DNA from: Paraphysomonas bandaiensis | Taxonomy: Eukaryota > Protista > Chrysophyceae | DNA length: 64,000 nucleotides | Assembly (NCBI GenBank): GCA_965644295.1 | Contig: CBFFRP010000371.1 | Span: 1-64,000, forward strand | Reading direction: 5' to 3' | Part shown: piece by piece, positions 47,576 to 64,000 of the stretch | Numbering within the stretch: position 1 is the first letter of the stretch | Layout: the number at the start of each line of letters is the position of its first letter | Made by a program: the position numbers and the translations under genes | Notes under the pieces: generated by a model | Told to the model about the DNA's origin: nothing | What the model saw: the letters and a program-made list of their open reading frames with translations, nothing else | The model's database searches: none

Positions 47576-49806
47576 TCGTTATAATAATCGAGTACAACAG
47601 TGTTCTGTTATGAGCCAAATATCATTCATATCTTTTATAGTGTTTCATATATTATAATGACTATTCCAATATGTTGTGGTGGTAGCATTGCATTGATTTG
47701 TATGGTATGTACACTTCATTCTTATTCTGAGTTGTAGTCGCTTCTATAGATAAATAAATGAATATGTTATCAATAATAATATTATGAAAGTGTAGTACAG
47801 ACCACTACAGTGAATCTTTGTATGCATATATCATTGAGCCTTATCGTGCTTAACGAAAGAGTAAAGTATGAAAAAGCAAGTCATCAACCAAGAAACAGGC
47901 CAACGTAACAATTACTTGGTAAAGGTTTCCAACAACAATATTATAGTACCTTCTCTACTTTATCCGAAGAATCTCTAGCTAGATAATGCAACTCAACAGC
48001 TTAGTTTGTGGTATCTTTAATTATTATCGACAAACTCGACACTATAACAGTTCGAAAATAGTTTCATGAGGAGCAACATACTTGACAACTCTACAATTGA
48101 GAGTGTGTCTGATTTGTGGTTTTTGATATTTACACTCTGCATGCACGTCGTTTTCTAAAAAATCATTCAGTTCTTCCCAAGTGAATCTTGGCCACTGCAT
48201 TTTTAACAATAAGTGGTGGAATTTCATTTCGGAATACTGACGAATAAGTAAACCATCAAATTGTACACGGGAATTATCCTGATCAAGCTGTTCTCTTCAC
48301 TGAAAACTACAGTCTAGAAACGATGTTTAACTGTCTAAATGATAAAAATATCGTAGCAATAGTATGTAAGTATAAAAATAAACAAATGGAGTTTGAAACT
48401 AAACAGCGTTCTGTCTCTAGCACTTATTACTAATATCCTACTCTAGTCGTCGCTACGGAGGTTGCTTTTATGAATCGCCGCAAGCACCAAGCAACCACCT
48501 CCGCCTATCTACCCTTATCCTGACATGACTCTCTTTTTGCATAATATCATAAAATCAGACCCACGCAGAGGAGTGGAAATTTCGGAGTGAACAATTCATA
48601 CTGTGAATTCCTTTATATTAAGCGGTAGTTTTTATACTTGCGCAGCTGACTTGAACTTTACAAATGGTACGTAGTATATTGTGCAAAATCATCTCCCCCT
48701 CTCAGTTGCAATAAACTTCATTTTAGAGCTAGAGGATCACGTTGTAGCAACCTATTAAGAAGGTATAATGTGCCCTCATAATGTTTACAATTCAGCTGTA
48801 AGCGGTGCTGTTACCAGAAATAAATTCAACGCAATTGAAGGCAATCCCATTAACTGTAAGTCATCAAAGGGATGATATTCAATTGATTCTGCTTTAAAAT
48901 CGCCTATATATCTTAATCTAGAACTCCATAGCATAGCAATATATCTTTTTGTCCTAATATATTGACTAAATGCAGCTACTGTGCTCGGTTACGTTTTTTA
49001 TTATATTATCGAACGCTTCGTCAATCTACTCCAAATACCCTGTTAAGGTTATTCTGGAAATATTTTTCAAGCTGGACTAGTTCCTGGTATTTTTTGTCGT
49101 GTCAAAAGTAATATGTACACGTTCCAGGAATAAAAGCTTTAGCCTATTTTATACCCCAATAATCCTTTCCCGACTGGATATTCTCTACACATCATTAGCT
49201 GCATTTGAATATTTTGAAGTTGTGGAGTAACTGCAATTCCTTGTGGAGATGTTCAGTTCGTTCTCTGTCAAAGATACTTGATGATACTACTCCTGCGTGC
49301 TGGGGTAAACTGTATACTGACCCTTGTACTTGTTCTGACACACAATTATGATAAATAATGAAAACGTGACTGTGTTCATGCATCCTACTATTGTACTAAC
49401 AGATACTACTGAAAGATCTACAGAGGGGAGCAGCAGCAGGACATATCGGAGTTGTCAAAAATCACACGACTAGATATACAACATATAATCAGTAGATATA
49501 CAACATAAGATGCTATATAACTAAGCTAATATTGATTGCAATTAATTGACAAGATTTACCAATAACAATAATGGCAACTCAATTTTTCATATCAATTTAT
49601 ATAATTGGTAATGCAATTAAGGGTTACGCAAGCCTGCCAAGAAGTATATAGGTATACAGGTAGATACAAAGTCACCTCAAGTTGAAACACATTTTTAAAA
49701 TATAGATGTAAATATTTTAAAATTACAAATTAAAACCATTAACAACTCGAATGATAAAAAATACTCATAATTGGCTCGCACTATGTATTTTCACCGACGC
49801 AATTCA

Positions 49807-50645
49807 TTATAAACACTTCGGTTGGCTACCGCGAAATTGGTTGTAATATTCCTTCTCGTTAACCTGTAATCCATTGTATAACTCCGTTACCTCTTCCTGG
49901 GTTAGCCAACGGCAGTCCCCTGGATTAGGTACAGTATCGACATGAAGAATAGAAGCTACTGTGATTCTATGCAAGGAAAGTACCATCAACTTACTCCTGC
50001 TCGCTATTCGTCTAATTTGACGATTCTTTCCTTCTCTTAGTTTAATACGGACATCTACACACCAGCCGAGATAAGGTATACCACCTCGGGAGTGTTCTGG
50101 GTGCTGGAAGTATCTCAGGATCGAGATATCTGCCGGTGTAGTATGATGAAGCACGTTCTTTCTAATGAACGAAAAAGGACACGAAAGCTCTGAAGCTAAT
50201 TCGTCAAGAGCGTCCTGACAGCCTTTAATATCATATAGGCGACGACCCATTAGTCGCACGTCATAGACCTTCGTCTTATATTTCATCAGCTCATCGCACT
50301 GTGCATCGCATTCATCAGGGGGTTCACGGACAGCAGCACCGAGCGCACCATCATCCGTCATCAACATTACACCAGACGACTCACAATCCAATCTTCCTAC
50401 AAGTCCAACATCAGATGGAAATCCTGCATTTCCCGCAACATCGAAAACAGAAAGCCGTCTTTGTGAGGACTTTGACAGTCCCAATGCCGCCCGCTTCCTG
50501 CATGCAGTTTTTGTTACAGCAGCTGGTATCTATATATTGATATGATATTAACTTATGATTACTGATAAAAAGATAAGCATAGTACCTCAGATTCTATTTT
50601 ATCGGAGATCACTCCTGTGGGCTTATGTATTATAAAGTATCGCAT
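49807..50645 (-). CDS. RsuA/RluE-family pseudouridine synthase, 2 exons
   Basis: HKPTGVIS, VGRLDCESSGVMLMTDDG, K.YDV, LREGKNRQIRR, L.R. Confidence 0.9.
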
Positions 50646-52282
50646 CCTATAGAACCGTTACGTTGCCAATATGCATTATAATGCACTGTCCTACCCATTT
50701 ATAAGGCTCTTTCTATCTGGGGGTTTAAGCATAGCCTATTTTAGGGTAGTTTAGTATATCTTATTACTGTTTTATATAATATTATATCTCTTCATTACTG
50801 TATGGAGATCTCTATATATAAGTAACTGTATGGTCACTGAGACATCTCCATATATAGTATACTGTATACAGACCGTGTACTGCTACTGTATGTACTGATG
50901 TGTACAATCTGATGTACACTGTACGGTGGTGTACAAACACTGTACTTCGTACGAATATATATATACATGGTAGAGGTTTTTAGTGGAATAGTGATGGATT
51001 TTATGTGAAAACACTGGTTTTAACAAAATAAAAACTCTATTATGGGAGTTTTTTTCTCTGTGTACATGAACATGTTATTATATCCAATGATAATAGAGTA
51101 AATAATAATGATAGGTTACTATTCAAGAGGTTGTTAGAGTTATGTGGCATGTATGTCTGTGTTTGGATGCCGTAGCAATTCAGTTCAAGATTCTAGTCGG
51201 TGCTTCTCTGTGCTAACCCAGAAGTTGCAAAGATTGAAGGAGCAGAGACCCTGATAACTCCATCCATTAACTGAAGATATATCAGTGTCCTTAAAGACGA
51301 CTCCACAGATTGTTAGTGTAATTTCCTAATAAAGAGCGGAGTTAGAGAAAAATCATGAGAAGGACTGAGTGACGTAGTGGATAGCAACGTTGTGCACTAT
51401 TTCTTGCCCTTAAAAGATCACATCGGTCTGGAAAACTAACACGCGTTGAGTAAAAGAATATACAGTGCGTAGTGCACCAGGTAATAACAGCTCACGTTGT
51501 TCTGAGGTTATAGAAATCAGGCCCTTTCTTTTATCTTTGTAATCGCAATTTCTCAATACTTTTCTCGGTCTTTCGTGGCTATTGAAGAACTGAACGTTCG
51601 ATTGGCCCCTTGGACCAATATGATCATATGTATTTTTCACTTAAATGTTTGCTTCGCACTTCAATATCAAGGCAGGTTGTCTTTACTGCTGCGTAAATTG
51701 AGTATTCTTTTCGTCTCGTCTACAATTAATAGTTCGACATACTACAAAGATGAATGACTGGAAGTTGTATCAAGTAGACGGAGGTCTTCTGTGCCTTCGT
51801 TATGATGATTCCGTATTCTACAGGAGGTCAACTTCCTTTGATATGCATCTAGAAATGTCCTGTATAGACATACAGGGGCAACCTGACTGGGTGAATTTTG
51901 TATGGACATATAGCTAAAAAATGAAACTATGAAATCAAAGATGTTAACAGTACTATATCATTTCATTGTAATTGCGTCAATAGACGTTATTAGCACAGAA
52001 ACTTTCATTGGTTGGCATGAAGTATTCAACGATTTACAATGCCTTGCAATAACGATATTGTGGCAGTGTATAGACTATTACTATTATAAGTGTAGTTATG
52101 ATATGGAATTAAAGTGTAAGTAACAGTATTAAAAGTAACAAAAGATACTTTGCTCTAGTTATTTAAAAGACTATGGACATGCAGTATTGCAGAATGCCGG
52201 CTCCTTATATTCCATTACCCTAAGAATGGTGAAAGGGCGGCATCCCCGGCCCGTGCACTGAAAATATATGAGGCAATACTAT

Positions 52283-53446
52283 TTAAATTTCAAGCTCCTT
52301 GACAGTCTCCCATGTGAAGTCAGGATCATTGCGACCGAAATGGCCATATGCAGAGGTCTTTTTCATGCAAGGGCGACGAAGGTTAAGGTCACGGATGATG
52401 CATCCAGCACGGAGATCGAAGTTCTTCTTGATGATCTCAACGATTTCGTTATCTGTCTTACCAGAGCGGGTCATGCCAGTGCCATAAGAGTCCACGAAGA
52501 TGGACAAAGGATGGGCGAGTCCAATACCGTACGAGAGCTGAACAAGGCATCTGTGGGCAAGGCCAGCAGCTACAACGGACTTGGCAACCCAACGAGCAGC
52601 GTAGGCTGCAGAACGGTCAACCTTGGTGGTGTCCTTTCCAGAGAAAGCACCACCACCGTGGGCTCCCCATCCTCCGTATGTGTCGATGATGATCTTTCTG
52701 CCGGTAAGACCAGCATCGCCGTGAGGACCACCAATAACGAAGCGCCCAGAAGGATTCAAGTGGTAGATGGTCTTTTCGTCCAGGTACTCGGCGGGGATAA
52801 CGTGCTTAATGACGTGCTCCATAAGATCATTGCGGATGTCCTCGTTAGAGACCTCCTCAGAGTGCTGAGTAGAGATAACAACAGTGTGCACACGCTGAGG
52901 AACCATTCTTCCGTTCTCGTTCTTGTATTCACAAGTGATCTGAGTCTTACCATCTGGGCGCACCCATGGGCAGACACCAGTCTTGCGAACCTCGGTCAAG
53001 CGGGAGCCAAGGGAGGTGGCAAGGTTGTGGGTGAGGGGCATGAGACTCTCGGTCTCATCGGTGGCATATCCGAACATAATGCCCTGATCACCAGCGCCAA
53101 TGTCCTCGAGCTTAACATTGTCGACAGACTGGGCAATATCAGGAGACTGCTCCTCAATGGCAACAATGACATTGCAGGTTCTGTAATCCATACCCTTGGC
53201 AACATCGTCGTATCCGATATCCTTAAGAGTCTCACGGATAACCTGCTCGTAGTTGACGGTAGCAGAGGTAGTGATCTCACCGAAGATCATAACCATACCG
53301 GTCTTGGTGCATGTCTCACAGGCCACACGAGAGGCGGGGTCGTCACGAACGCAAGCATCAAGGACGGCATCAGAGATCTGATCACAGATCTTGTCGGGGT
53401 GTCCCTCGTTAACGGACTCGGAAGAAAAGAGGAAGATGTCAGACAT
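52283..53446 (-). CDS. MAT: S-adenosylmethionine synthetase (canonical MAT), intronless
   Basis: [44 protein letters not shown]; strong codon bias. Confidence 0.99.
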   Translation of the reverse strand: MSDIFLFSSESVNEGHPDKICDQISDAVLDACVRDDPASRVACETCTKTGMVMIFGEITTSATVNYEQVIRETLKDIGYDDVAKGMDYRTCNVIVAIEEQSPDIAQSVDNVKLEDIGAGDQGIMFGYATDETESLMPLTHNLATSLGSRLTEVRKTGVCPWVRPDGKTQITCEYKNENGRMVPQRVHTVVISTQHSEEVSNEDIRNDLMEHVIKHVIPAEYLDEKTIYHLNPSGRFVIGGPHGDAGLTGRKIIIDTYGGWGAHGGGAFSGKDTTKVDRSAAYAARWVAKSVVAAGLAHRCLVQLSYGIGLAHPLSIFVDSYGTGMTRSGKTDNEIVEIIKKNFDLRAGCIIRDLNLRRPCMKKTSAYGHFGRNDPDFTWETVKELEI

Positions 53447-54793
53447 GTTATTATTTGTGCAAATAGTTACTCTAGAGTGACTGTAATTGTGTTGTGTAGA
53501 TGTATGGATGCATATGTATGTAGAGGATATGAGTGTAGAAAGGTGGACGGATCACAGCCACACACTCTCTGCAAACATCTGATGTGTATCTAGAAGTATG
53601 TATGATACTGTATCATATGGGCACAGACAGCATCTTCAAGAGGTAGAATAGAAAGAAACTGAAAATTTATGGATGAAAGTACAGCATAGAAGTCTACGTC
53701 ATACTTCATACGAAGTATATCATAGCTCTACAATCATATGTATAGTATGTAGACATGGGGACACCTATCTGCATACATACATACATACCGTGCGTGGACA
53801 TGTGGACAACACGTCATACATATATCTATACAGAGTAGATAGATAGAGAGAGAGATATCATTCCTATCAATATCCTGCAGCAAGTCTAATGGAATCTAGG
53901 TGCTCTATACAGTGATCAGAGGAATCCACTGTGCTTACTATGACATAGTACCGTTTTTCTTTACTTACAAGTAGAATCCCCCCACGAATCTACGTCAAAC
54001 ATATGAAAGACTCAAACTGTTGTATTCTATGGTATATGTATTTCGTAATCAGGGCCCTCATTCCATGATATTCAATTGCAATATCACTCAGTGAATATGG
54101 ATACTCCGGAACCTTTATCGTGATGTACTCCCAATGACCTCGTGGGGTTATTAATAGCTATTGCGTATAGCAATTTCATTAGTTTATCATTCACGAATGA
54201 GTATCGCAAGCCAACAAGAGCGTCATCCACTATCCGGTAAACAATATTCGGGCGGTTATAACGTGATAGCCGCATTCATTGAATACTATTGTTCGAAATT
54301 ACTGTTGGTGGGGCTGATTATTTTCAGAATAACTATAACTTCGTACTAGATTAATTGAACAACATCTAGATTAATTGAGAAATGTAGTACTTCTCATGGG
54401 GGCTAGGGAACAAAATATTGTGTTGAAAGTGTTGAACTATTTATAAGAGTATTGCAATATGAGTGATGGGACGCTATCTAACAGTAGTATTGTGCTATGT
54501 TGTTCCCTATCCCTGCGTTGAACATTGATAACACTTTCTGCCACAAGTAATCGTAGTTGACATGGAGGCAGTAATGAATAAGTCTTGATTTACAGAAGCA
54601 TACGTACTATCACTGCTTCGCTTCCATTGCGATATATCTATACTATTTAGAACAGTACCGGTGAATATCCGTCCATTGCTACACTTGTCACAAACATCAA
54701 CTTATAGTACTACACTAGATACTAGGAACTAATATTATCCGATTCAATGTACAAAATAGAACTAACACTATAGTATATCAGTATATAAAAACA

Positions 54794-55821
54794 TTAATAG
54801 TACTCTTGGCTGTCTTCCCACTCACAATCTTCTTCGTCAACGACATCTGACACTACGTCTGTAACACGGGCACCTTTTAACGAAGTTTGAAAAGGGGTAG
54901 TTGGCGTTCCAGAGAGCGCCTGAGCTTCAACAGCTTCACGCAATGATATGTTAGACTCCACCTTAGATGTTGGGGCTGCAGAAAAAGTATGTGGTATAGA
55001 AGGTGAATCGGCAACAATGGATTTCACAGAGAGTTTATTGCCTTTCCCAGGACGCCCTGTGCACAGCAAAATTATCTATATATCGAATCCGGCACCTGAA
55101 TACTACGAACATACCTTTCGTAGACATATATGGGTCTTCCTCTGGAGGTTTAATGTAAGATGATAAGAAGTCAATATCATCGTCAAGTTGAACGAGCTCC
55201 TCACACATAGTGTCAGCAATATACCTGACAAAGGGTTAGTGTACGCTAGACACATCACTCTAACTCACTTGAATGTATCACGTACAGCGCTCTTTGTGTC
55301 CGATGGGGTTATACGCAACGACTGAGATTTCATCATAGATAGCTCATCAGAAAGGGATTTATTTGTAGCTTTTTCCTGTTTTAGCTGTCGATATATCAGC
55401 ACGTCCATAGAGATCACAAAAAAAAATTAAAACAAACCTGTTCTCGTAACTCGTGCAGGGTGTCTACAGTGTCACTCGACATATTCGTATCTGATTCTTC
55501 CTTCCTTTTACCGTCACCAGAGTTTACCTGTCTGGTAAGTTTTTCCACAGTGTGTTTCAGTGCGGTGTTCTCCTCCTTGTACTTATGCAATGTACTGGAC
55601 ATGGATTTAGTCTCATCCTCAAGCTCTTTTATTATCGCTTCATATGCAGAAGACGCATTCTATGATACTATCAGACGTATCCACATTACATGGAGTAGAT
55701 TTCCTACCAGAGCCTCTCTGAGTGCGAGTCGCAACCGTGCAATCTCATGTTCCTTGTTTTGAACATCAGCCTCTTGTTCTGCAATTATTTTATCTAGATC
55801 AGACCGCGTTCGTACACTCAT
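54794..55821 (-). CDS. Coiled-coil hypothetical protein, multi-exon (5' end uncertain)
   Basis: Heptad-rich exons (DKIIAEQEADVQNKEHEIARLR; YKEENTALKHTVEKL) bounded by GT-AG introns. Confidence 0.6.
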
Positions 55822-56156
55822 TTGCTTTAGGACACTAATATGATCACGTTAGTGACCTAAGTAAAGTGATGTGTCGTACAGGCAGTTGCAATGACAGTTA
55901 TTGTGTTTAACAGCAATGGCTGCATCCTGTATGCAAATATACGCAGATAGAGGAGAGCATACTGCTGTACCACAGTATATGTAAGTGTTGAGAATACAGT
56001 TTATACAGCAGTATACAGCCCTAGAGACACTGCTATAGGGCTATAGGCTATACGTATACAACACACGTGTCCACCATTGTACACCAGTACATACAGCAAC
56101 AGCAGACCCCCCATATACAGCAGCAGTATAGAGTGTGCTGTACATGTGTCCATATC

Positions 56157-56297
56157 ATCAGCATCTCATATTTTGCGGAAATAAATTGAAGTATAATTCC
56201 TCTATATTACTGTAATACAACTACGGCTAGAATACATATAATTGTTGTCTCAATATTAGAGGCATCTTTGAACAAAAATATACAAAGGATGCCGATA
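56157..56297. repeat. Second, diverged copy of the 32976-33131 MITE-like repeat (opposite orientation)
   Basis: Reverse complement reads atcggcatcctttgtatatttttgttcaaagatgcctctaatattgagacaacaattata...gccgtagttgta...gatgctga. Confidence 0.8.
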
Positions 56298-57558
56298 GGC
56301 ACAGCAGTACATGTCCATGTCCACTCTATGATCCATGCATATCCTTCTATATAGAATGGGGAGGTGTAGATGATAGACTTAACTACTATAATCTCTGACT
56401 AATCTACAGTATGACTAGCTACCTATAAACAAACACAGTCTTATATACATGAAGGCTCTCATCCCCAGCATGTAGCAGTATCCTCTAACTGTATAGTGTC
56501 TCATCCACCCCTCTATATCTCTTATAATGTAACTGTATATGAAGTGGTAACTGTATTATTAAACAGTCTGTATGTATCTGTTTGTATCTGTGTGCATCCA
56601 TGTGTCAGCGGCACTTAACGTCCTCCTGCAGTATCTTATAATGCTATAGTGAGGGATGATTTCATTCATGGCACACACACTGTAGATATTATTATCTATA
56701 CTATAGATTTCTTATATATCTATGACACTGATCTGCTACTCGTAACTTTAGAGTAATGAGTTCTTTAGTATGAGCAGATTGTGAGCTTGTGATAAGAGAG
56801 AGCATTTAATTGTATATAATTATTACCTGAGAGCACCAGTGAGGCAAGTATACATATACTGGTCTGATGCATGCTGCATAGACATGCATACTGTATATAG
56901 TATAATACATAGTACATAGAATATATACTCTGCTACAAGGAACCTGCCTATAAGTATTATGAGGAGAGAGGTAACAGTGTAACAGTCGCCTGCACCACTA
57001 GGGAACAAAACTGAGCCATGTATATGTAAGGCCCCCTGGTAATTATCCACACAACAAATACAACACCCGAGTTGTCTTCCCTCTCTTCTTTAGGCATAAA
57101 TGAATACACGAGCTTCTCTTAATAATGTTGTTTGGAGTTTGGATCATGGGTCACACATGTACACGCACGTGTATGATGGTGTAGATACGTAGATACAGTA
57201 CGCATTTGCGCCACACATGTACAGATATTATGTATGCAAGATATTTTAAGTGTTGTACCCATATTACTCAATAGGCCTCGGGTGTAATCTGTATAATATA
57301 ATGTAGACTAGTACTATTGTTACAGGTGTTGAAGTATAGAGTATAGATAGAGATATTGATTAGTCCGTTGTTCAGCTTTCTTAAACCGGTTGTAGAAGTA
57401 TCGTACAAATGTTGTTTGTTCGTTTAGTTTATTATTAAAAAATGTTTGCTCACAGCTAAATCCCTGCAGTATCGAACAGTTACTGAGATCTTTTTACACC
57501 GTAACCGTGATAGTGCATAAAATGTACTACCTATACTCTGGAAATTACCATGAGATAC

Positions 57559-61218
<3,660 letters not shown>

Positions 61219-61727
61219 ATCTTTTCTATTCTACTCTTATGGACTATAGTTCACTGCACTGTTAATGTACTGTGATTCCAGTACTTTACTATGATTATAT
61301 GGACATATGAGGAGAGAGTGGTGTCTGTATACACTGTATACTGCTGTATAATAATATGGATGTAGGATATGTGGTACAAGACTACAGTGGAATACAATAA
61401 TATGATAGAGATGGCGATAAAAATCTGATTCCAATAAATGTGCTTGAAAACCTATATTTCTATAAGACAAATCCCTAATTTTATGGTTGTCTTGGTATTT
61501 GATACTTCAAAAATGATGTATTTGCGAATCCTGCGTACATATAGACATACTACAGTATTTACCGCACATATATATCGCCTTTGAGGCATGCAATACCACA
61601 CTAGACACACAGATAACTAGACAGATATCCCCATTGTCGTCTCTACATCCCAATAGACTAACTTATAGTACTAAGTTGTTGTACAAGTAGTTATATCATA
61701 GTGTAGAGAATCTTATTATATTTTGAT

Positions 61728-62753
61728 ATGATCTCTGCGGATGTTACAGGCAGTGCAATATGGGGTAATGGGACAGGAAGATATGCCGTATATAAGATCG
61801 ATATAACTTATAAGAATGATACATGGACAGTATACAGAAGATATTCTGAGTTTTTCAAACTTCATAATAAGGTATAATATATTATTATTAGTAATATTTT
61901 ACTTTAAAGATATGTATTGTTGAGTAGTTATTAGATAACGACAGCCATAATATGGCATCTCTTGTTGAAATTTTTCCTGAGCGTGGATCGATGGGATCAA
62001 TAGTGAATTCCTTAGAGCCTAATGTTAAAGAGAGGACAATTGCTTTTCAGAGATATATACAGGCTCTACTTGCACTTCCTGACATAACAGATAATGAAAT
62101 CGTCATGGAATTTTTTGACACTAAGTTCAAGGGGTGCTCGGGATTCCGGTAGGGGATTGTGGAGTCAATTTCTGAGTTTATTGTGAACTTAAATAGGAAA
62201 TCAATTGGAGCTTCTGGAATATGGAAAGAATGCTACGCACAAATTAGCCTTGGAACTTTTGACTTCATGCACATTTATGTGTGGAAAACTGCATACATTG
62301 GTTTGACTAAACGAGGTGAGATATGTTTATTGTCATCAATGATTGGAAGTACGAAACACTCTTATGTAAAATTTAATATTCCAATGGGAAAATGTAGGCG
62401 TCTTGTACGTATTCCGCAGTATGTACGACACTCCTGACCAAGCTACTATTCGTATCGACCTGCGCAGTGTGGATGCTAGAGTGGGTGGTGACGTCCTCGG
62501 TCGCTGTGTTAATGTGTCTAACGGTGACGCCAAGGTTTTCATTAAGTTTTCCACCATAGATGAGTTCTCTTCATGGCTGAGACAAGTGTCGGACTTCGGC
62601 GTTAATGCTGCGGCCCATGCACCGACAGTATCAAGTGCTCGAGAAGCTAATCGACAAGCTGCACCGACAACGTCTGCACCACCACCAAAAGAAATCAAAG
62701 CCAAGGGCACAGGAAATACAAACGATGAATTTTCTGCTATGTATGGGATGTAG
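61728..62753 (+). CDS. PX-domain protein with a probable PH-like C-terminal part, multi-exon
   Basis: YAVYKIDI...WTVYRRYSEFFKLH; FPER...ERTIAFQRYIQALL...VMEFF. Confidence 0.85.
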
Positions 62754-63218
62754 TCGCTGCGCAACTATGGCAGTGCAAATTATTAAATGTATTACGGTCA
62801 CGATTGATGTGAAATCTGATTGTAGCATGCTATTGTGGTAGAAGGATATGTGTTATTGGTGATTTAGATATAAGGGTAACTACCAGTTCACTTCTAGCTA
62901 AATACTTAACAATTATCAATTTCTATCAGAAATACTTTTTACCTAAACTGCTATGTGTTGCAACGTTGCAACTAGGAATTCTTGTCGACTGTCTACAAAG
63001 GCCCAAGGTACCTACACCAAGTATGTAAAAATTTTGATGTTGTTATGAACCGCATGGTGGAAGTTATAGCACTGTTTATTTCTACTGAATACATAGTAAT
63101 AACTACATACTACATATACTTGATGAACACACAGCTCATTAAGCTGTCAAATGCCTATCCAACAAGTGCCATAAGTCCTATATTATTATTCATCTAACAG
63201 CGAAAAATATACGATTGA

Positions 63219-64000
63219 TTACATCATCCTTCCTCTGGAATTTTTAATGTTTACTGTGTTGCTTCCACTGCCTTTACTGCTAAGGGGATCTGAATGCAGT
63301 GCACCAGGTAAGCTATTATCCACAATACATCACTAATTGTTACCTGCGTCCTCATATAGAACATCGACAGCTTCATTATATTCACTCTGCTGCTCCTTCT
63401 TTTTTCGCTCAATGGCTTTCTGCTGAGCCAAGTATTCTTGCCACTCCGAAAACGAAACCTTACCATTCGAATTCAGATCGAATTCTACAAATTTAGGGAA
63501 GTCCTTTTCAGACAGTTCTGGGAAGGACGAGAGATATTTCTTGACATAGACGTCAAACTGTCAAAATAATATGTGAGTGCACAATATGTACTTTTCAGCG
63601 ATTATGCGATTATAATATACCTCGGCACTGGAAATCATGTCATCATTATCTGTATCGGGGGCCTTGAACTCGTCGTAATCTCTGTCTACAGTATCCTGGT
63701 GCAGCTCCTGAAATCAATATCACACACTACACGCTACAGAAGACTAAACTCATTTACTTTATAAGCCTTTTCTAAGTCATTGTATTGTTCTTTCCATCCA
63801 GTTTCTTGCAGTTTATACAGTTCCGTCTGCAGCTTGATGTACTCCAGCAGATCACTATTCTCAGCTTCCAAAGTTTTGTAGTGTTTAGATGATCTCCTCC
63901 TGCCAAACCAATAGCCTGCTACTCCTCCGCATATACCACCAATAATACATGCAACATTAGACCTAATAGTTTATAAATATGAGGCCTGTCGCACGCCTCT
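63219..64000 (-). CDS. Partial gene: TM segment, coiled coil and two EF-hands (5' end at or beyond the window edge)
   Basis: Manual splicing gives IIGGICGGVAGYWFGRRR; DTDNDDMISSAEF; DLNSNGKVSFSEW; ends ...RGRMM*. Confidence 0.75.

Noticed and set aside
51190-51260. tRNA-like words (ctaacccagaag, agcagag)
   Set aside because: No cloverleaf, T-loop or acceptor stem could be built.
51187-51900. Short minus-strand open segments downstream of MAT
   Set aside because: No coherent gene model or recognisable domain could be assembled.
52230-52262. GC-rich patch in the MAT 3' UTR as a SAM-responsive hairpin
   Set aside because: Only a weak stem is possible and no METTL16-type UACAGARAA motif was found on the sense strand.
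52268-53593. 441-aa plus-strand ORF antisense to SAM synthetase
   Set aside because: It mirrors the MAT codons in register. Strong codon bias in a highly expressed gene removes antisense stops, and no motifs are recognisable.

Overview
AT-rich, gene-dense eukaryotic DNA with short (~50 nt) GT-AG introns. The gene content (MLO-EF-hand fusion, BAF-like, EDR2-C) suggests a stramenopile, probably an ochrophyte; this is an inference. About 24 host genes are supported, including GST, two BAF-like copies plus a remnant, an FAD monooxygenase-DUF4166 fusion, an AGC kinase, a DUF2439 protein with SQ/TQ repeats, a 5'-3' exonuclease, PTH2, two inverted ARF copies flanking ABCF1, an MLO-like protein, a pseudouridine synthase, SAM synthetase, a GH20-EEP fusion, a PX protein and an EF-hand protein. 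Mobile DNA: (1) an intact, very young Ty1/copia element (26523-31701) with 307-bp LTRs ending TA...TA instead of TG...CA, a TTTAG target-site duplication, and a start codon formed across the LTR/PBS junction; (2) at the left edge, a frameshifted LINE-like element in which a vSET-like histone methyltransferase domain lies directly upstream of the APE endonuclease start, which the ORF track does not show; (3) a short MITE-like repeat in two copies. The strongest novelty candidates are the SET-carrying LINE, the non-canonical copia and the GH20-EEP fusion. All domain calls come from motif recognition by eye; no database searches were run.
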